A stretch of DNA of 64,000 nucleotides from an uncultured Gemmatimonadales bacterium (GCA_963730185.1 CAVSQW010000007.1:192001-256000); one strand, 5' to 3'; numbered from the stretch's first letter, positions 42,664 through 55,363 are shown. Notes: generated from the letters alone by a model not told the origin. A program made the numbers and translations.

Positions 42664-45096
42664 TTGGACCGGCGGTTCGCGATGGGGCGCCTTCTCGGCG
42701 AACTGCGCTTCGCGGCGCGCTCGCTTCGACAGACTCCGATCATCTCGCTCGCGGCGGTGGTCTGCCTCGGGCTGGGGATCGGAGCGACCACGGCGGTCTT
42801 CAGCGCGGTGAGCACGGCGCTCCTGACCCCGTTCCCGTTCCCCGAGCCGGACCGGCTGGTCACGATCTACCGGACGACGCCGTTCTTCGTGTCGGGTCCG
42901 TTCTCGCCGGCCAATTTTCTCGACCTCCGTCGTGAGACCAAATCGTTCGAGTCGATCGCGGCGATCTGGACGGGGCAGACGCTGGTCGAGTGGTCAGGGG
43001 CGTCGTTCCAGTCCACCCGGATCGCCGCGTCCGGTGCGCTCCTGCCGATGCTGGGGGTGCGTCCGGTGCTGGGGCGGCTCGTCACTCCCCGCGACGAGCG
43101 GCCCGAGGCGCCCGACGTAGCGGTCCTGTCGGAGGAGATTTGGCGCGACCGGTTCGGAGCCGATCAGGGCCTGATCGGCCAGGCGGTGCGACTGGACGGA
43201 GTGCCCCATACCGTGGTGGGGATCCTGCCCCGCGGGTTTCGGGTGCCCGAAGGGCCGCGCCGCTATCACGGCGACGTCTGGGTCCCGCTCAAGTTCAGCG
43301 AGGAGCAGGCGGCCCAGCGTCGCAGCAACTTCTTGCGCCTGATGGGTCGGCTCGCGCCGGGAGTGTCGTTGGCGGAAGGCGGCGCCGAGCTGACCCGGCT
43401 CATGGTCGGGCTGGTCGAGGCCTACCCCCGGCTGAAGGGCGAGGGGCTGCGAGTCGTGTCGCTGCCCGCGGCTGCCCGCCAGGCCGTCCGGACGCCGCTG
43501 ATGCTCCTCTTCGGGGCCGTCCTGCTGGTGCTGCTCGTGGCGGCGTCCAACGTCGCCAGCCTGCTGCTGGCGCGGGGCGTGGACCGGCAACGGGAGCTCG
43601 CCATTCGGGCCGCGCTGGGGGCCAGTCCCTCTGATATCGCCCGGCGGGTGCTGGCCGAGAGCCTGATTCTCGTGGGGGTGGGCCTGGTGCTGGCCGTTGG
43701 GCTCGCGTGGGGCGGCGTGCGGGGCATTCGAAGCCTGGCCGTCGAGCGGGTGCCGCAGTTGGCCGGTCTCGGGATCGACTTCCAGGCGCTCGGATTCTCG
43801 CTCCTGCTCGGGGTCGGCGTGGCGGTGCTCTGCGGCATCGTGCCGGCTCTTCGAGGCGCCCGGGTGGATCCCCAGGAGACCATGCGTTCGACCGACGCCC
43901 GGAGTGGTGCTGCCGGCAAGCACCGGTTCCTCCGCGGGCTCGCGGCGTTCCAGGTGGCGCTCTCGGTCCTCCTCTTGCTCGGCGCCGGGTTGGCGATCCG
44001 CGGCTTCGGGCGGGTGATGGGTTCGGATCCGGGCTTCGACCCGGCGCGGATCCTCACCCTGCAGGCGGTCACCGCGGCCGATCGCTTCAGCGGCGGTGCG
44101 GTCGAGGAGCGGTTCCTCGAGCCCGTGTTGGACGCCGTCCGGTCGGTGCCTGGGGTGCGAAACGCCGCCGCCCTCAACCTGATTCCCTACGACAGCTGGG
44201 GATGGAACTTCAACATCCGCTACGAAGGCCAGTCCGGTGACGACCCGGCCCGGCTCCCGCTGGTCGAGCGACGGGTCGCCTCGCCGGCGCTGTTCGAGAC
44301 CCTCGGGATGCGCCTGGTGCAGGGGCGCCTCTTCACCGACGCGGATGGACCGGACGGGCCGCCGGTGGCGGTGGTGAACCAGGCCCTCGTCGCCCGGGAC
44401 TTTCCGGGAGGCGATCCGATCGGCAAGCGCTTCCATCTGGGCGACACGACCTTCGCCACGATCATCGGGGTCGTGGCCGACATCCGGAACGCCGGCCCCT
44501 TCGAGGCGCCCCAGCCCGAGCTCTATTGGAGCGCCCGCCAGGCCGATCGGGAGAACACGGCGTACAACCTGATGGTCGCCACTCGAGGGGCTCCGATGTC
44601 GGTGGCGAAGGCGGTGGCGGCGGCCATCCGGACCGTCGATCCCGCCGCGGCGGTCGAGGCCATTCGACCGATGGACGCCGTGATCGCGCACTCGGTGGGC
44701 GAGCCACGCTTCTACATGCTGCTCCTGGGCGGCTTCGCCGCGGTGGCGGTGGCGCTGGCCCTCGCGGGACTCTATGGGGTCATGAGCTACGTCGTGGCGC
44801 AGCGGCGCCGTGAGATCGGGATCCGGATGGCGTTGGGCAGCCGCCGCCGGGCGGCCGTGGGGCTGGTCTTCGGCCAGGGTGCGCGCCTGATCGGGCTCGG
44901 CCTCGGGCTCGGTCTCGCGAGCGGTGGGTTCGTCACCCGGTTCATGACGAGCTTCCTCTACGGCGTGAGCCCGCTGGATCTCACCACCTGGCTGGCCGTC
45001 GTCGGTCTCCTGACGGTCGCGGGGTCGCTGGCGCTGGTCATCCCGGCGCGGCGGGCGGCTCGGGTGGACCCGTTGGAGGCGATCCGGGCGGACTGA
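42664..45096 (+). CDS. ADOP-type duplicated ABC permease lacking the N-terminal prefix domain
   Basis: GGGAG + TTG; ELRFAARSL within the first 21 aa, LGIGATTAVF, ASNVASLLLAR, ELAIRAALGA, RRREIGIRMALG, PARRAARVDP. Confidence 0.93.
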   Translation: MDRRFAMGRLLGELRFAARSLRQTPIISLAAVVCLGLGIGATTAVFSAVSTALLTPFPFPEPDRLVTIYRTTPFFVSGPFSPANFLDLRRETKSFESIAAIWTGQTLVEWSGASFQSTRIAASGALLPMLGVRPVLGRLVTPRDERPEAPDVAVLSEEIWRDRFGADQGLIGQAVRLDGVPHTVVGILPRGFRVPEGPRRYHGDVWVPLKFSEEQAAQRRSNFLRLMGRLAPGVSLAEGGAELTRLMVGLVEAYPRLKGEGLRVVSLPAAARQAVRTPLMLLFGAVLLVLLVAASNVASLLLARGVDRQRELAIRAALGASPSDIARRVLAESLILVGVGLVLAVGLAWGGVRGIRSLAVERVPQLAGLGIDFQALGFSLLLGVGVAVLCGIVPALRGARVDPQETMRSTDARSGAAGKHRFLRGLAAFQVALSVLLLLGAGLAIRGFGRVMGSDPGFDPARILTLQAVTAADRFSGGAVEERFLEPVLDAVRSVPGVRNAAALNLIPYDSWGWNFNIRYEGQSGDDPARLPLVERRVASPALFETLGMRLVQGRLFTDADGPDGPPVAVVNQALVARDFPGGDPIGKRFHLGDTTFATIIGVVADIRNAGPFEAPQPELYWSARQADRENTAYNLMVATRGAPMSVAKAVAAAIRTVDPAAAVEAIRPMDAVIAHSVGEPRFYMLLLGGFAAVAVALALAGLYGVMSYVVAQRRREIGIRMALGSRRRAAVGLVFGQGARLIGLGLGLGLASGGFVTRFMTSFLYGVSPLDLTTWLAVVGLLTVAGSLALVIPARRAARVDPLEAIRAD

Positions 45097-45191
45097 GCGG
45101 ACCGGCGGGGGCCCGCCTCCTTCCCCTTGCCCTGCCCCCCGAGCGGCGCATTATTTGCACTCCTTGTCGGTTATCAGCGCAAATCGGGGAC

Positions 45192-47198
<2,007 letters not shown>

Positions 47199-47199
47199 G

Positions 47200-49425
47200 C
47201 TACCACTCGACCAGGGCGCCGAGGCTGATGACCCGGCCCCGGAGCGGGACCCACGGGGTGGTGGTGATCCGGCCGCCGTCCTCCGGGGTGGTGAGGAACA
47301 CGGGATCGTAGTCCGCCAGCCGGACGTTGAACACGTTCTCCCCGCTCAGATAGAGCCGAGCTCGACCGGTGCGCTGCGAGATCAGCAGATTGAGCAGCGA
47401 GTAGTCCGGGGTGCGGGTCCGCCGGGGATTGTCCCAGACGGCCTGCTCGCCCGCATAGGTGCCCTGGACCGTGATCCGGGTGCCGCGGGCGGGCTCCTCC
47501 CACGACAGGTTCATGCCTAACGACTGCTTCGGGATGAACGCCACCAGGCGGCGGCCGGCGTTGTTGGGACTGACCTCGGTGCCCCGGGCGAACTGGTAGT
47601 AGCCCTCGGCGGAGAAGGGCGGCGCCCGGTACCCCACCGTGAACTGAAGGGTGCCGATCCGGGTCGGCTCGGGCGCGTTCTCGAGGCGGAGTCGGCCTGC
47701 CGTGTCGGTCACCGCCGGCACCAGGCGGATCGGGCGGGTGATCCGGGCGAAGCTGGCCCCGGCCCCCACCTCGAACGGCCCCCGGTGCCAGCGGAGATCG
47801 AGATTGGCCGTCTGGATCCGCTCGGCATTGAAGGCCCGGTAGGTCATGGTGTGGAGCCCGAGGGTCTCGGCTTCGTTCTCCAGCGAGGTTGGGGCGCGGT
47901 ACCCGGCCGCGAGGGTAACCCGGACCGCGAGCCGGTCGGTCGGCCGGGCCAGCAGAGCCAGTCGCGGGCTACAGAAGGTGCCGAAGACGTTGTGGAAGTC
48001 GCACCGGGCGTTGAGGGTGCCGCTGACCCGATCGGTGGCCGTGAACTGGACCTGGCCGAAGATGGCGGGGACGCTGTAGGTGTAGTCGAACTCGGGAAAG
48101 TCCCGCTGGCGGAGGGCGTCGCGCTGATAGGCGGCCCCGACCATCACGGTGCCGGTGCCGAGCGGCCGGTCGTAGGTCACCTCGCCGAAGAGCAGGCTCC
48201 GGCCGTCGCGCTCGCGGAGCTCGTCGAAGCGGTGGTTGGAGTATTGATATCCGGCCGCCACCCGGGCCCGGAGCCGGGCCCGGTCGCCGGCGTTTCGCCA
48301 GGCCCGGACGCCGCCGTCGATCCGGCGGACCCGGAGCTCTTCGCGATAGAGGTCGGTGTTCGTGTTGCTGAGCAGGAAGCCGCCGGTCCGATCCTCGCTC
48401 ATCACCCCGACGGTGCCCACCAGGCCGTCGCCGCTAGAACGGTCCAGGTAGATCCGGGGCCGGAGCGCGAAGCGAATGGTGCGGGGGAACTCGCCCCAGG
48501 TGTCGTCGTCGGCGTCGACCTGCCGTTGCTGGTGGAAATCGGCCGTGACGGTGGCGCCCAGGGTGGGCGAGGCGCGCCGGGCCCCCCAGAGGGTCACGTC
48601 GCCGCCCTTCTCGGACGACTGGTTGACCGTCAGCCGGGCGGCGTCGTGGTCGGGGGTTCGGGCCACCAGATTGAGCACCCCGATCGGTGCGTCCGGGCCG
48701 TAGAGCGCCGCGCCTGCCCCGCTCACCAGCTCCACCCGCTCGAGATCCACCGGCGCCTGTTCCATCAGCCCGTAGGCCCCCGGCGACTGGCCCACGAGGG
48801 GCAAGCCGTCGATCAGGAGGCCGAGATACCGGCCGGGGACACCCTGCCAGCGAAGGGTGGCGGCGTCCAGGGGATCGAACACCGGTTGGACCCGGGCGCC
48901 CGGGATGGTGTTGAGGAGCCCGGCCAGGTCGGCCGGGTGGGCCTGCACCTCGTCGGTTACCCGGGCGCCCTCGGCGATCCCGACCACGGCGGGTTCGCGC
49001 CCGGCGGGAAGCCCGGTCCGGGCCGCCTCGAGCGGTTGGCCTCGTCCGTCGCTCGGCTCGGCGGTCAGCGCGAGGTCCACGCTCTGGGCCGCGTTGGCGA
49101 CGATCGTCATCTCGAAGGTGCGGGACAGAAAGCCGCCCCGTGACACGGTGATCGACTGTAGGGTCGCGGGCAGGTCGATCCGGGCGAGGCCCGACTGGTC
49201 GGTCGCGCCGCCCAGCCGGCCGGAACGGACGAACGCGCCGGCGAGCGGGGTGGAATCCGACGCCCGGCGGACGCGGACGATCAGGGTGCCGGTGGAGTCC
49301 TGCGCCCGCGCGGCGACGGGAACGAGGAGCCCGGCGATCGTCAGCCACACGGCGAGCCCGAGGCCGCCGATCGTCGAGTGCCGGCCGCGGCACTCGACGC
49401 GGCCAACGGGGAGTGGTGTCGGCAC
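47200..49425 (-). CDS. TonB-dependent receptor with N-terminal carboxypeptidase-regulatory-like domain (start uncertain)
   Basis: Signal ending ARAQD, plug LLIDGLP..LERVELVSGAGAALYG..GVLNLV, SPRLALL, AGYRAP, GENVFN, C-terminal aromatic W. Confidence 0.88.
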   Translation of the reverse strand: MPTPLPVGRVECRGRHSTIGGLGLAVWLTIAGLLVPVAARAQDSTGTLIVRVRRASDSTPLAGAFVRSGRLGGATDQSGLARIDLPATLQSITVSRGGFLSRTFEMTIVANAAQSVDLALTAEPSDGRGQPLEAARTGLPAGREPAVVGIAEGARVTDEVQAHPADLAGLLNTIPGARVQPVFDPLDAATLRWQGVPGRYLGLLIDGLPLVGQSPGAYGLMEQAPVDLERVELVSGAGAALYGPDAPIGVLNLVARTPDHDAARLTVNQSSEKGGDVTLWGARRASPTLGATVTADFHQQRQVDADDDTWGEFPRTIRFALRPRIYLDRSSGDGLVGTVGVMSEDRTGGFLLSNTNTDLYREELRVRRIDGGVRAWRNAGDRARLRARVAAGYQYSNHRFDELRERDGRSLLFGEVTYDRPLGTGTVMVGAAYQRDALRQRDFPEFDYTYSVPAIFGQVQFTATDRVSGTLNARCDFHNVFGTFCSPRLALLARPTDRLAVRVTLAAGYRAPTSLENEAETLGLHTMTYRAFNAERIQTANLDLRWHRGPFEVGAGASFARITRPIRLVPAVTDTAGRLRLENAPEPTRIGTLQFTVGYRAPPFSAEGYYQFARGTEVSPNNAGRRLVAFIPKQSLGMNLSWEEPARGTRITVQGTYAGEQAVWDNPRRTRTPDYSLLNLLISQRTGRARLYLSGENVFNVRLADYDPVFLTTPEDGGRITTTPWVPLRGRVISLGALVEW

Positions 49426-49531
49426 GCAGGAATAGTAAACGCGTCCGGCGTGGGGTCGGACCGGGCGCGAGGCCGGGCGGGCGTCGGCGCGGGGGACCGG
49501 GCCGGCCTCCGCCGTGGGGCCGGCCCCGACC

Positions 49532-49903
49532 TCAGCCGCCCGACGGCGATCGGGTGCGGCGAGCCCGCCCGGGCCGGGCGGTTCGTCCCCGGCGCCGGGC
49601 GTGCCGGGCGGCGGCGTGAGCCACCGCGAGCAGCCGGGCCAGCTCACCATCGGGCAGGACGTCGAGGCGGAACTCGACCCAGCCGTTCCGGCCGATCGCG
49701 CCCATGGAAACCACGGGGCGGGCGGAGCCTTGGCGGAAGGCCGCCGTGACCTCGGCGGCGGGGAGGTGCATCGTCACCCGGGTCCCCGCCAGGGCCGCGA
49801 ACATGATTCCGTCGACGAACCAGGCCTCGCTGCCGAACTCGAGGTGCTCGGTGACGTCGGGGAGGGACAGGACGATGCTCTTCAGCTGTTCCGCCGGCGC
49901 CAT
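49532..49903 (-). CDS. MmcQ/YjbR-like small protein
   Basis: IVLSLPDVTEHLEFG..WFVDGIMFA..IGRNGWV..LLAVAH; Arg-rich tail. Confidence 0.65.
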   Translation of the reverse strand: MAPAEQLKSIVLSLPDVTEHLEFGSEAWFVDGIMFAALAGTRVTMHLPAAEVTAAFRQGSARPVVSMGAIGRNGWVEFRLDVLPDGELARLLAVAHAAARHARRRGRTARPGRARRTRSPSGG

Positions 49904-50048
49904 GATCGGTTCCCAAGTGAGGATGCCGATTGTACCGCCGGATCGAGGTTCCCGCGAGAGGGTGGGGGCGACGGCGGTTTCGAGCTAGATTCCCGCCCGG
50001 TACCCGGGCGACGGCCCGGCCACCCACATCCAAGCACGAGCCTATGTC

Positions 50049-52320
50049 ATGAGTCGTTTCCAAGCCCGTCGGGCGGCGTCCAGCCGCCCGCGGTGGTGGT
50101 GGGTTCTCTGGTTGGCGCCCCTGGTCGGAGCGCCGGCGCTGGCCGCGCAGGCCAACGGCCCGGCCGGTTCTCCCCGTCTCGCCCGCGCCACGACCGTCAC
50201 CCGGGCGCCGGTGGTCGACGGCCGCCTCGACGAGGCGGTCTGGCGGCAGGCCGAGCCGCTCACCGGTTTCATCCAGCGCGATCCGCACGAAGGGGAGCCT
50301 GCCACCGAGCGGACCGAGGTCCGGATTCTCACCGACGGGCAGGCGCTCTACGTCGGGGCCTGGCTCTACGATCGCGATCCGCGCGGGATCGTGCCCGGCG
50401 AGCGGCTTCGGGACGTGGAGATCACCAACAGCGACTACTTCGCGTTCGTGCTCGACACCTACCACGACCGGCAGAACGGTTTCATGTTCGCCACGACGCC
50501 GGCCGGGATCGAGTACGACGGACAGGTGACCAAGGAGGGCGAGGGCGGCGGAGTGTCCCAGCAGGGCCAGAGCGCGGTCCAGTCGGGCGCGATCGGGCGG
50601 CTTCAACCTCAACTGGGACGCGAGTTGGAAGGTGGCGACCTCGGTCGACAGCCTTGGCTGGTACGCCGAGTTCCGGATCCCGTTTTCGACCCTGCGCTAC
50701 GGTGGCGGCGCGGTCCAGAGCTGGGGATTCAACGCGGCTCGGAACGTCCGCCGGAAGAACGAAGAGTCCTTCTGGGCGCCGATCCCCCGACAGTTCAACA
50801 TCTATCGGCTGTCGCGGGCCGGCACCCTCGAGGGCCTCGCGGTGCCGGCCCGCCGGGTGGCGACGATCACGCCGTACCTGCTGGGATCGGCCAAGCGGGA
50901 CTATCTCACCGCGATCGACGCCGACTATTCCACCGCGGTCGGCGCGGACGCCAAGCTCGGCCTCACGCCGAGTCTGACGCTCGACCTCACCTACAACACG
51001 GACTTCGCGCAGGTCGAAGTCGACGAGCAGCGCACCAACCTCACCCGCTTCCCGCTCTTCTTTCCGGAAAAGCGACCGTTCTTCCTCGAGAACGCCGGGG
51101 TCTTCTCGGCCGGCACGCCGCAGCAGGTGGATCTGTTCTTCACCCGGCGGATCGGGATCGACTCGGTTGGACAGCCGGTGTCGATCACGGGCGGCGGGCG
51201 CCTGACCGGCAAGATCGGCGGCGTGACCGTGGGGGCGCTTCAGATCTTCACCGAGGGGCGCCACGTCGCCGGGCTGGTCGACCAGCCGGCCAACTCCTAC
51301 TCGGTGGGCCGGGTGAGCCGCGAGTTCGGCGCCCGCTCCCGGATCGGCGCCCTTGTCGTCCAGCGCCTCGCGACCGACAGCTCGGCCGATCACAACCGGG
51401 TCTACGCCGTGGACGGGCGGGTCGGATTCAACCAGCGGGTTACGATGGATTGGTGGGCCGCCCGAAGCGAGACGCCCGGGCGCGCCGGCCGGGACGCCGC
51501 CTTCAGCGCGTCGCTCGGGTACAAGACGGCCCAGTGGGACAACAACCTCCGGTTCACCCAGGTCGGCGAGGACTTCAACGCCGAGGTCGGGTTCGTGCCC
51601 CGGACCGGCTACCGCTACTTCGAGGGCAGCCTGTTCCGGACCATCCCCGTCACCAACCGGATCTTCCGCTACTGGATGCCCCACGCCAGCTACCGGGGCT
51701 ACTACGGATTCGACGGGAAGATGCAGACCGATCAGATCCACATCGATCTGGGCGAGTCTCAGATGAACAACGGGGGACGTTTCGGCCCCGAGCTCAACCG
51801 CTACGGCGAGGGGCTCACCGCGCCGTTCGAGATCGCGCCCGGCGTGGTGCTCCCGGCCGGCACCTACCGGTACTGGAGCCTGGGCTGGGACTTCGTGACC
51901 AATCCGAGCGCGCCGGTCTCGATGACCACCCGGCTCGACGTGGGCGGCCTCTACGACGGCCGCCGAATCGGGGGGAGCACCACGCTCACCTATCGGCGGG
52001 GCGCGGCCCTCACCACCTCGCTGCTGGTGGACTACAACGACGTCCACCTCGACGAGGGAGACTTCGTCCGTTCGCTGGTGGGCCTCCGGGTCGGCTATCA
52101 CTTCACGCCCCGGATCTCGATCCAGTCCCTGATGCAGTACAGCAACCAGGCCGACGTCTTCTCGGCCAACGTCCGGTTCGCCTGGCTCAACACCGCGGGG
52201 ACCGGCCTCTTCATCGTCTACAACGAGGCCCAGGAGGCCGACGGCGTCTTCTCCTGGACCCGGCCGCAGGTCCGCTCCTTCGTGGTGAAGTTCACCCGCC
52301 AGTTCGGCACCGGCGGGTGA
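50049..52320 (+). CDS. DUF5916-like outer-membrane protein with N-terminal CBM9-like domain; one frameshift near 50597
   Basis: PVVDGRLDEAVW, FIQRDP..TERTEV, WYAEFRIPFSTLRY, TYNTDFAQVEVD, NLTRFPLFFPEKRPFFLEN, FFTRRIG. Confidence 0.85.
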
Positions 52321-52362
52321 CGCCGAAGCCCCGCCGGCGAGACTCCCGGCGGGGCTTCGGTG
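52321..52362. terminator. Hairpin between convergent genes
   Basis: CGCCGAAGCCCCGCCGG / CCGGCGGGGCTTCGGTG. Confidence 0.7.
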
Positions 52363-52377
52363 GGCTGGCGGGGCGGG

Positions 52378-53298
52378 TCAGTCGCCGACCCGCACTCCGC
52401 CCCGGATCAGCCGCCCGGTCGGCGGGGCCGCATCCGGCGCCCCGGGCTGGGTGTCGAAGATCACCTGTCCCTCCCGCCAGATCTTGATCCTGACCCGGTC
52501 GCGCTCGCAGCCCGGGCGCCGCCCGTCGCTCGCCACGACCAGGAACGAGTAGCCGCCCCGACCGTGGATCCGGCCGCTGCCGCGGAGCTCGGCCACACAC
52601 CCCGTGACCGTCAGGCTCTCGTATTCCGACGAGACGAAGAGCTGCCCGGTGGGGTTGAGTCGGACCGCCGTCCGGCCCCGTAGCTGGTGGGTTTCCCGGA
52701 GCACCCGGGCGTTGACCGCCAGGGACACGAAGCCGCTCAGCCGGTGCGATTCGGGGAAACTTCCCCGCTCGAGCCGGATCCAGCCGGCCGCGTCGACCGA
52801 GCCGTTGTTGGCCGGCGGCGGGGTCGAGGGCGGGGGCGGGGGCGGAGGAGGTGGAGCGGTGGGCGCGGCGACGACGTCGATGGTCACCGCGTCGGTCGCG
52901 GTGCCGCCCAGGTTGTCGATGATGCCGACCGTGATCGTGTAGGTCCCGATCCCAAGGCTCAGGGCCGCGGTACAGGTGCCCGAACCGCCGCTCTCCGTGA
53001 CCGTTCCGGCGGTCATGCCGGTCCCGAAGTCGACCGAGCAGGTGTGGGTGTCGCCGACGTCGGGGTCGCTGAGGTCGGCGCTCACGGCCACCGCGGCCAT
53101 CCCGCTGGCGTCCACCGCCACCGAGTCACCGTCCGCCGGCGCGGTGACCGAGACGGTGGGCGGGCTGTTGTTGGAGGGCGGGGGTGGGCCCGCGAGCGGC
53201 CCCGAGCTCGGCTCGACGGGGGCCAGCGGGCCGGGATCGGTGGCGCAGCCGGCCAGCAGGCCGAGTGCGGTGAGCAGCAGAGCAGAACGACGGATCAT
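52378..53298 (-). CDS. Lipoprotein with Ig/PKD-like domain, poly-Pro linker and C-terminal beta domain
   Basis: Lipobox LLAGC, NNSPPTVSVTAP, SDPDVGDTHTCSVDFG, GTYTITV..DNLGG, GYSFLVVASDG..RIKIW..FDTQPG. Confidence 0.7.
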   Translation of the reverse strand: MIRRSALLLTALGLLAGCATDPGPLAPVEPSSGPLAGPPPPSNNSPPTVSVTAPADGDSVAVDASGMAAVAVSADLSDPDVGDTHTCSVDFGTGMTAGTVTESGGSGTCTAALSLGIGTYTITVGIIDNLGGTATDAVTIDVVAAPTAPPPPPPPPPSTPPPANNGSVDAAGWIRLERGSFPESHRLSGFVSLAVNARVLRETHQLRGRTAVRLNPTGQLFVSSEYESLTVTGCVAELRGSGRIHGRGGYSFLVVASDGRRPGCERDRVRIKIWREGQVIFDTQPGAPDAAPPTGRLIRGGVRVGD

Positions 53299-53572
53299 AG
53301 TGCGTCCCTGGGGGTCCGGGTTGCCTAACACTCGGGCCCGGACGGGGGGTGGCGCAATCCGCAAGAATCAGCCGCGTGTCCGGAAAGATGGCAGGGAAAA
53401 ACCCGCCGTCCAGAAACGGACGGGGGTGGTGCAGGGGCATGCATCGGCCGGCCGGCGGGCCGGGGCCGACCTGCAGCCGGCTGCCGGGGTGGAGACGAAG
53501 AGTTGCGCGGTTGGCCACCCCGGGGGGCCGGCCGCCACCCGTTCGTTCATCAATGGACGTGCCAGACCGGCC

Positions 53573-54502
53573 TCATCCGAGCATGCTCCGGATCACGAAC
53601 CAGACGTTGGCCGGGCGCTCCGCCAGCCGCCGCATGTACCACTTGAACCACGCGTGCCCGTAGCTGATCAGGGTGCGGACCACCCGGCCGTGCCGGACCA
53701 GGGCCTGCTGGTGGTCGGTCCCGATGCCGTACAGCATGTGGATCTCGTAGCCGCCGTCGGGCACGCCCAGCTCGCGCGCGGCTTCGACCAACCGCTCGAC
53801 CAGCACCATGTCGTGGGTCCCGAAGACCGGCTTGGCTTGCCCCTTGGCGGCGGCCTCCAGGAGCCGGCGGCCGAGGGCGTAGTAGGCGAGGTCGGTTTCC
53901 CGCTTGGCTGCGAAGGCCAGCGAGGGGGGCTCGGCATAGGCGCCCTTGACCAGCCGGATGGTGGGCTTGAGCGGCAGCAGCGCCTCGAGGTCCGCCGGGG
54001 TGCGGCGGAGGTAGGCCTGGATGGCGAGGCCGCCTCCAGGGTGGCGTTCGAGCAGCGCGCGGTAGAGGTCGAGCGTCCGGTCGACGTAGCTCGAATCCTC
54101 CATGTCGATCCAGAGCGTCGTTCCGGTGGCCTCGGCCCGTTCGGCCAGGGCCAGGACATGGGCCCGGCAGTCGGCCTGGGAGAGGTCGAGGCCGAGCTGC
54201 GTGGGCTTGACCGAGACGGCGGTGGGGAGCCTGCGGGCCTGGATCCGGGCCAACCCGTCGAGATAGTGGTCCCGGACGGCGACGGCCTCCTCGGGCCGGG
54301 TCAGGTTTTCGCCCAGCTGGGTCACCAGCGTTCCCAGCTTCTGGGCCGCGAGGGCTTCGGCGGCGGCGAGCGCGTCGTCGAGCGCTTCGCCGGGCATGAA
54401 CCGCCGCACCGCGCGGCGGGCGAAGGCCCGCTGGGACATCTGACGGGCGAGCCAGGGGCTGTTGGCCGCCTGGAGCAGGAGCGAACGGGCGATCGAAGCC
54501 AT
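53573..54502 (-). CDS. Monofunctional proline dehydrogenase
   Basis: RRFMPGE, LGEN, SVKPTQLG, WIDMEDS, QAYLRR, RLVKGAY, GTHD, MLYGI, YMRRLAERPAN. Confidence 0.95.
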   Translation of the reverse strand: MASIARSLLLQAANSPWLARQMSQRAFARRAVRRFMPGEALDDALAAAEALAAQKLGTLVTQLGENLTRPEEAVAVRDHYLDGLARIQARRLPTAVSVKPTQLGLDLSQADCRAHVLALAERAEATGTTLWIDMEDSSYVDRTLDLYRALLERHPGGGLAIQAYLRRTPADLEALLPLKPTIRLVKGAYAEPPSLAFAAKRETDLAYYALGRRLLEAAAKGQAKPVFGTHDMVLVERLVEAARELGVPDGGYEIHMLYGIGTDHQQALVRHGRVVRTLISYGHAWFKWYMRRLAERPANVWFVIRSMLG

Positions 54503-54622
54503 GGGCAGCGTTGGGGCTGGAGGGAGCTTGGAGGCTAGGGCCAGGGGTGGGGGCCGGGCAAGGGGTGGCTGGGGCCTCACGCCGTCTAGCTTCACGGCGC
54601 CGGAGCCTCGTACCTTACTCCC

Positions 54623-55363
54623 ATGTTCCCGTACAAGGACGACAACCCCACCCTCGCGACGCCGGTCGTCACGTTTCTCCTGATCGGGGCCAACGTCGCC
54701 GTCTGGCTCCTGGTTCAGGGTATGGGAACCGAGCCGCGCCTCTCGGCCTCCGTGTGCCAATTGGGGCTCGTTCCGGGCGAGGTCCTGGGCCGGCTGCCAC
54801 CCGGTACCCTGGTGCCGACCGGGACCGGCCTGGCGTGCCAGACCGGCTCGCCCTTTGCCTGGCTCACCCCGCTCACCTCGATGTTCCTGCACGGTGGCTG
54901 GCTCCACCTGATCATGAACATGTGGTTCCTCTGGGTCTTCGGGAACAACGTCGAGGACTCCATGGGCCGGCTTCGCTTCGTCGCCTTCTACCTGACCACC
55001 GGCCTGGTCGCCGCCGCGACTCAGGCGGTGCTCAATCCGACCAGCGCCATTCCGATGGTCGGGGCGTCGGGGGCGATCAGCGGGGTGATGGGGGCCTACA
55101 TCGTCCTCTATCCCCGGGTGAAGGTGCACATGATCATCTTCCTCGGCATCTTCATCACCCGGATCGCGGTGCCCGCCTTCCTGATGCTGGGCTACTGGTT
55201 CCTGCTCCAGCTCCTGGGCGGTATCCCGACCATCGCCCGGGAATCGGGCGGGGTGGCCTTCTGGGCCCACACCGGCGGGTTCGCGTCCGGGATGCTGCTC
55301 GTGTTCCTGTTCCGCGATCCGAGGCTGATCGCCCGGCGGATCGCCTACCACCTGCCGGCCTGA
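54623..55363 (+). CDS. Rhomboid intramembrane serine protease
   Basis: TSMFLHGGWLHL..NM..FGNNVED, VGASGAISG, AFWAH. Confidence 0.95.
   Translation: MFPYKDDNPTLATPVVTFLLIGANVAVWLLVQGMGTEPRLSASVCQLGLVPGEVLGRLPPGTLVPTGTGLACQTGSPFAWLTPLTSMFLHGGWLHLIMNMWFLWVFGNNVEDSMGRLRFVAFYLTTGLVAAATQAVLNPTSAIPMVGASGAISGVMGAYIVLYPRVKVHMIIFLGIFITRIAVPAFLMLGYWFLLQLLGGIPTIARESGGVAFWAHTGGFASGMLLVFLFRDPRLIARRIAYHLPA

Noticed and set aside
53359..53374. GGCTGATTCTTGC upstream of the Ig-like lipoprotein as a sigma54 promoter
   Set aside because: Spacing is GG-N9-GC; sigma54 requires N10
54503..54580. G-run-rich stretch between the divergent proline dehydrogenase and rhomboid genes
   Set aside because: No regular period or complementary partner; not distinguishable from GC-rich background
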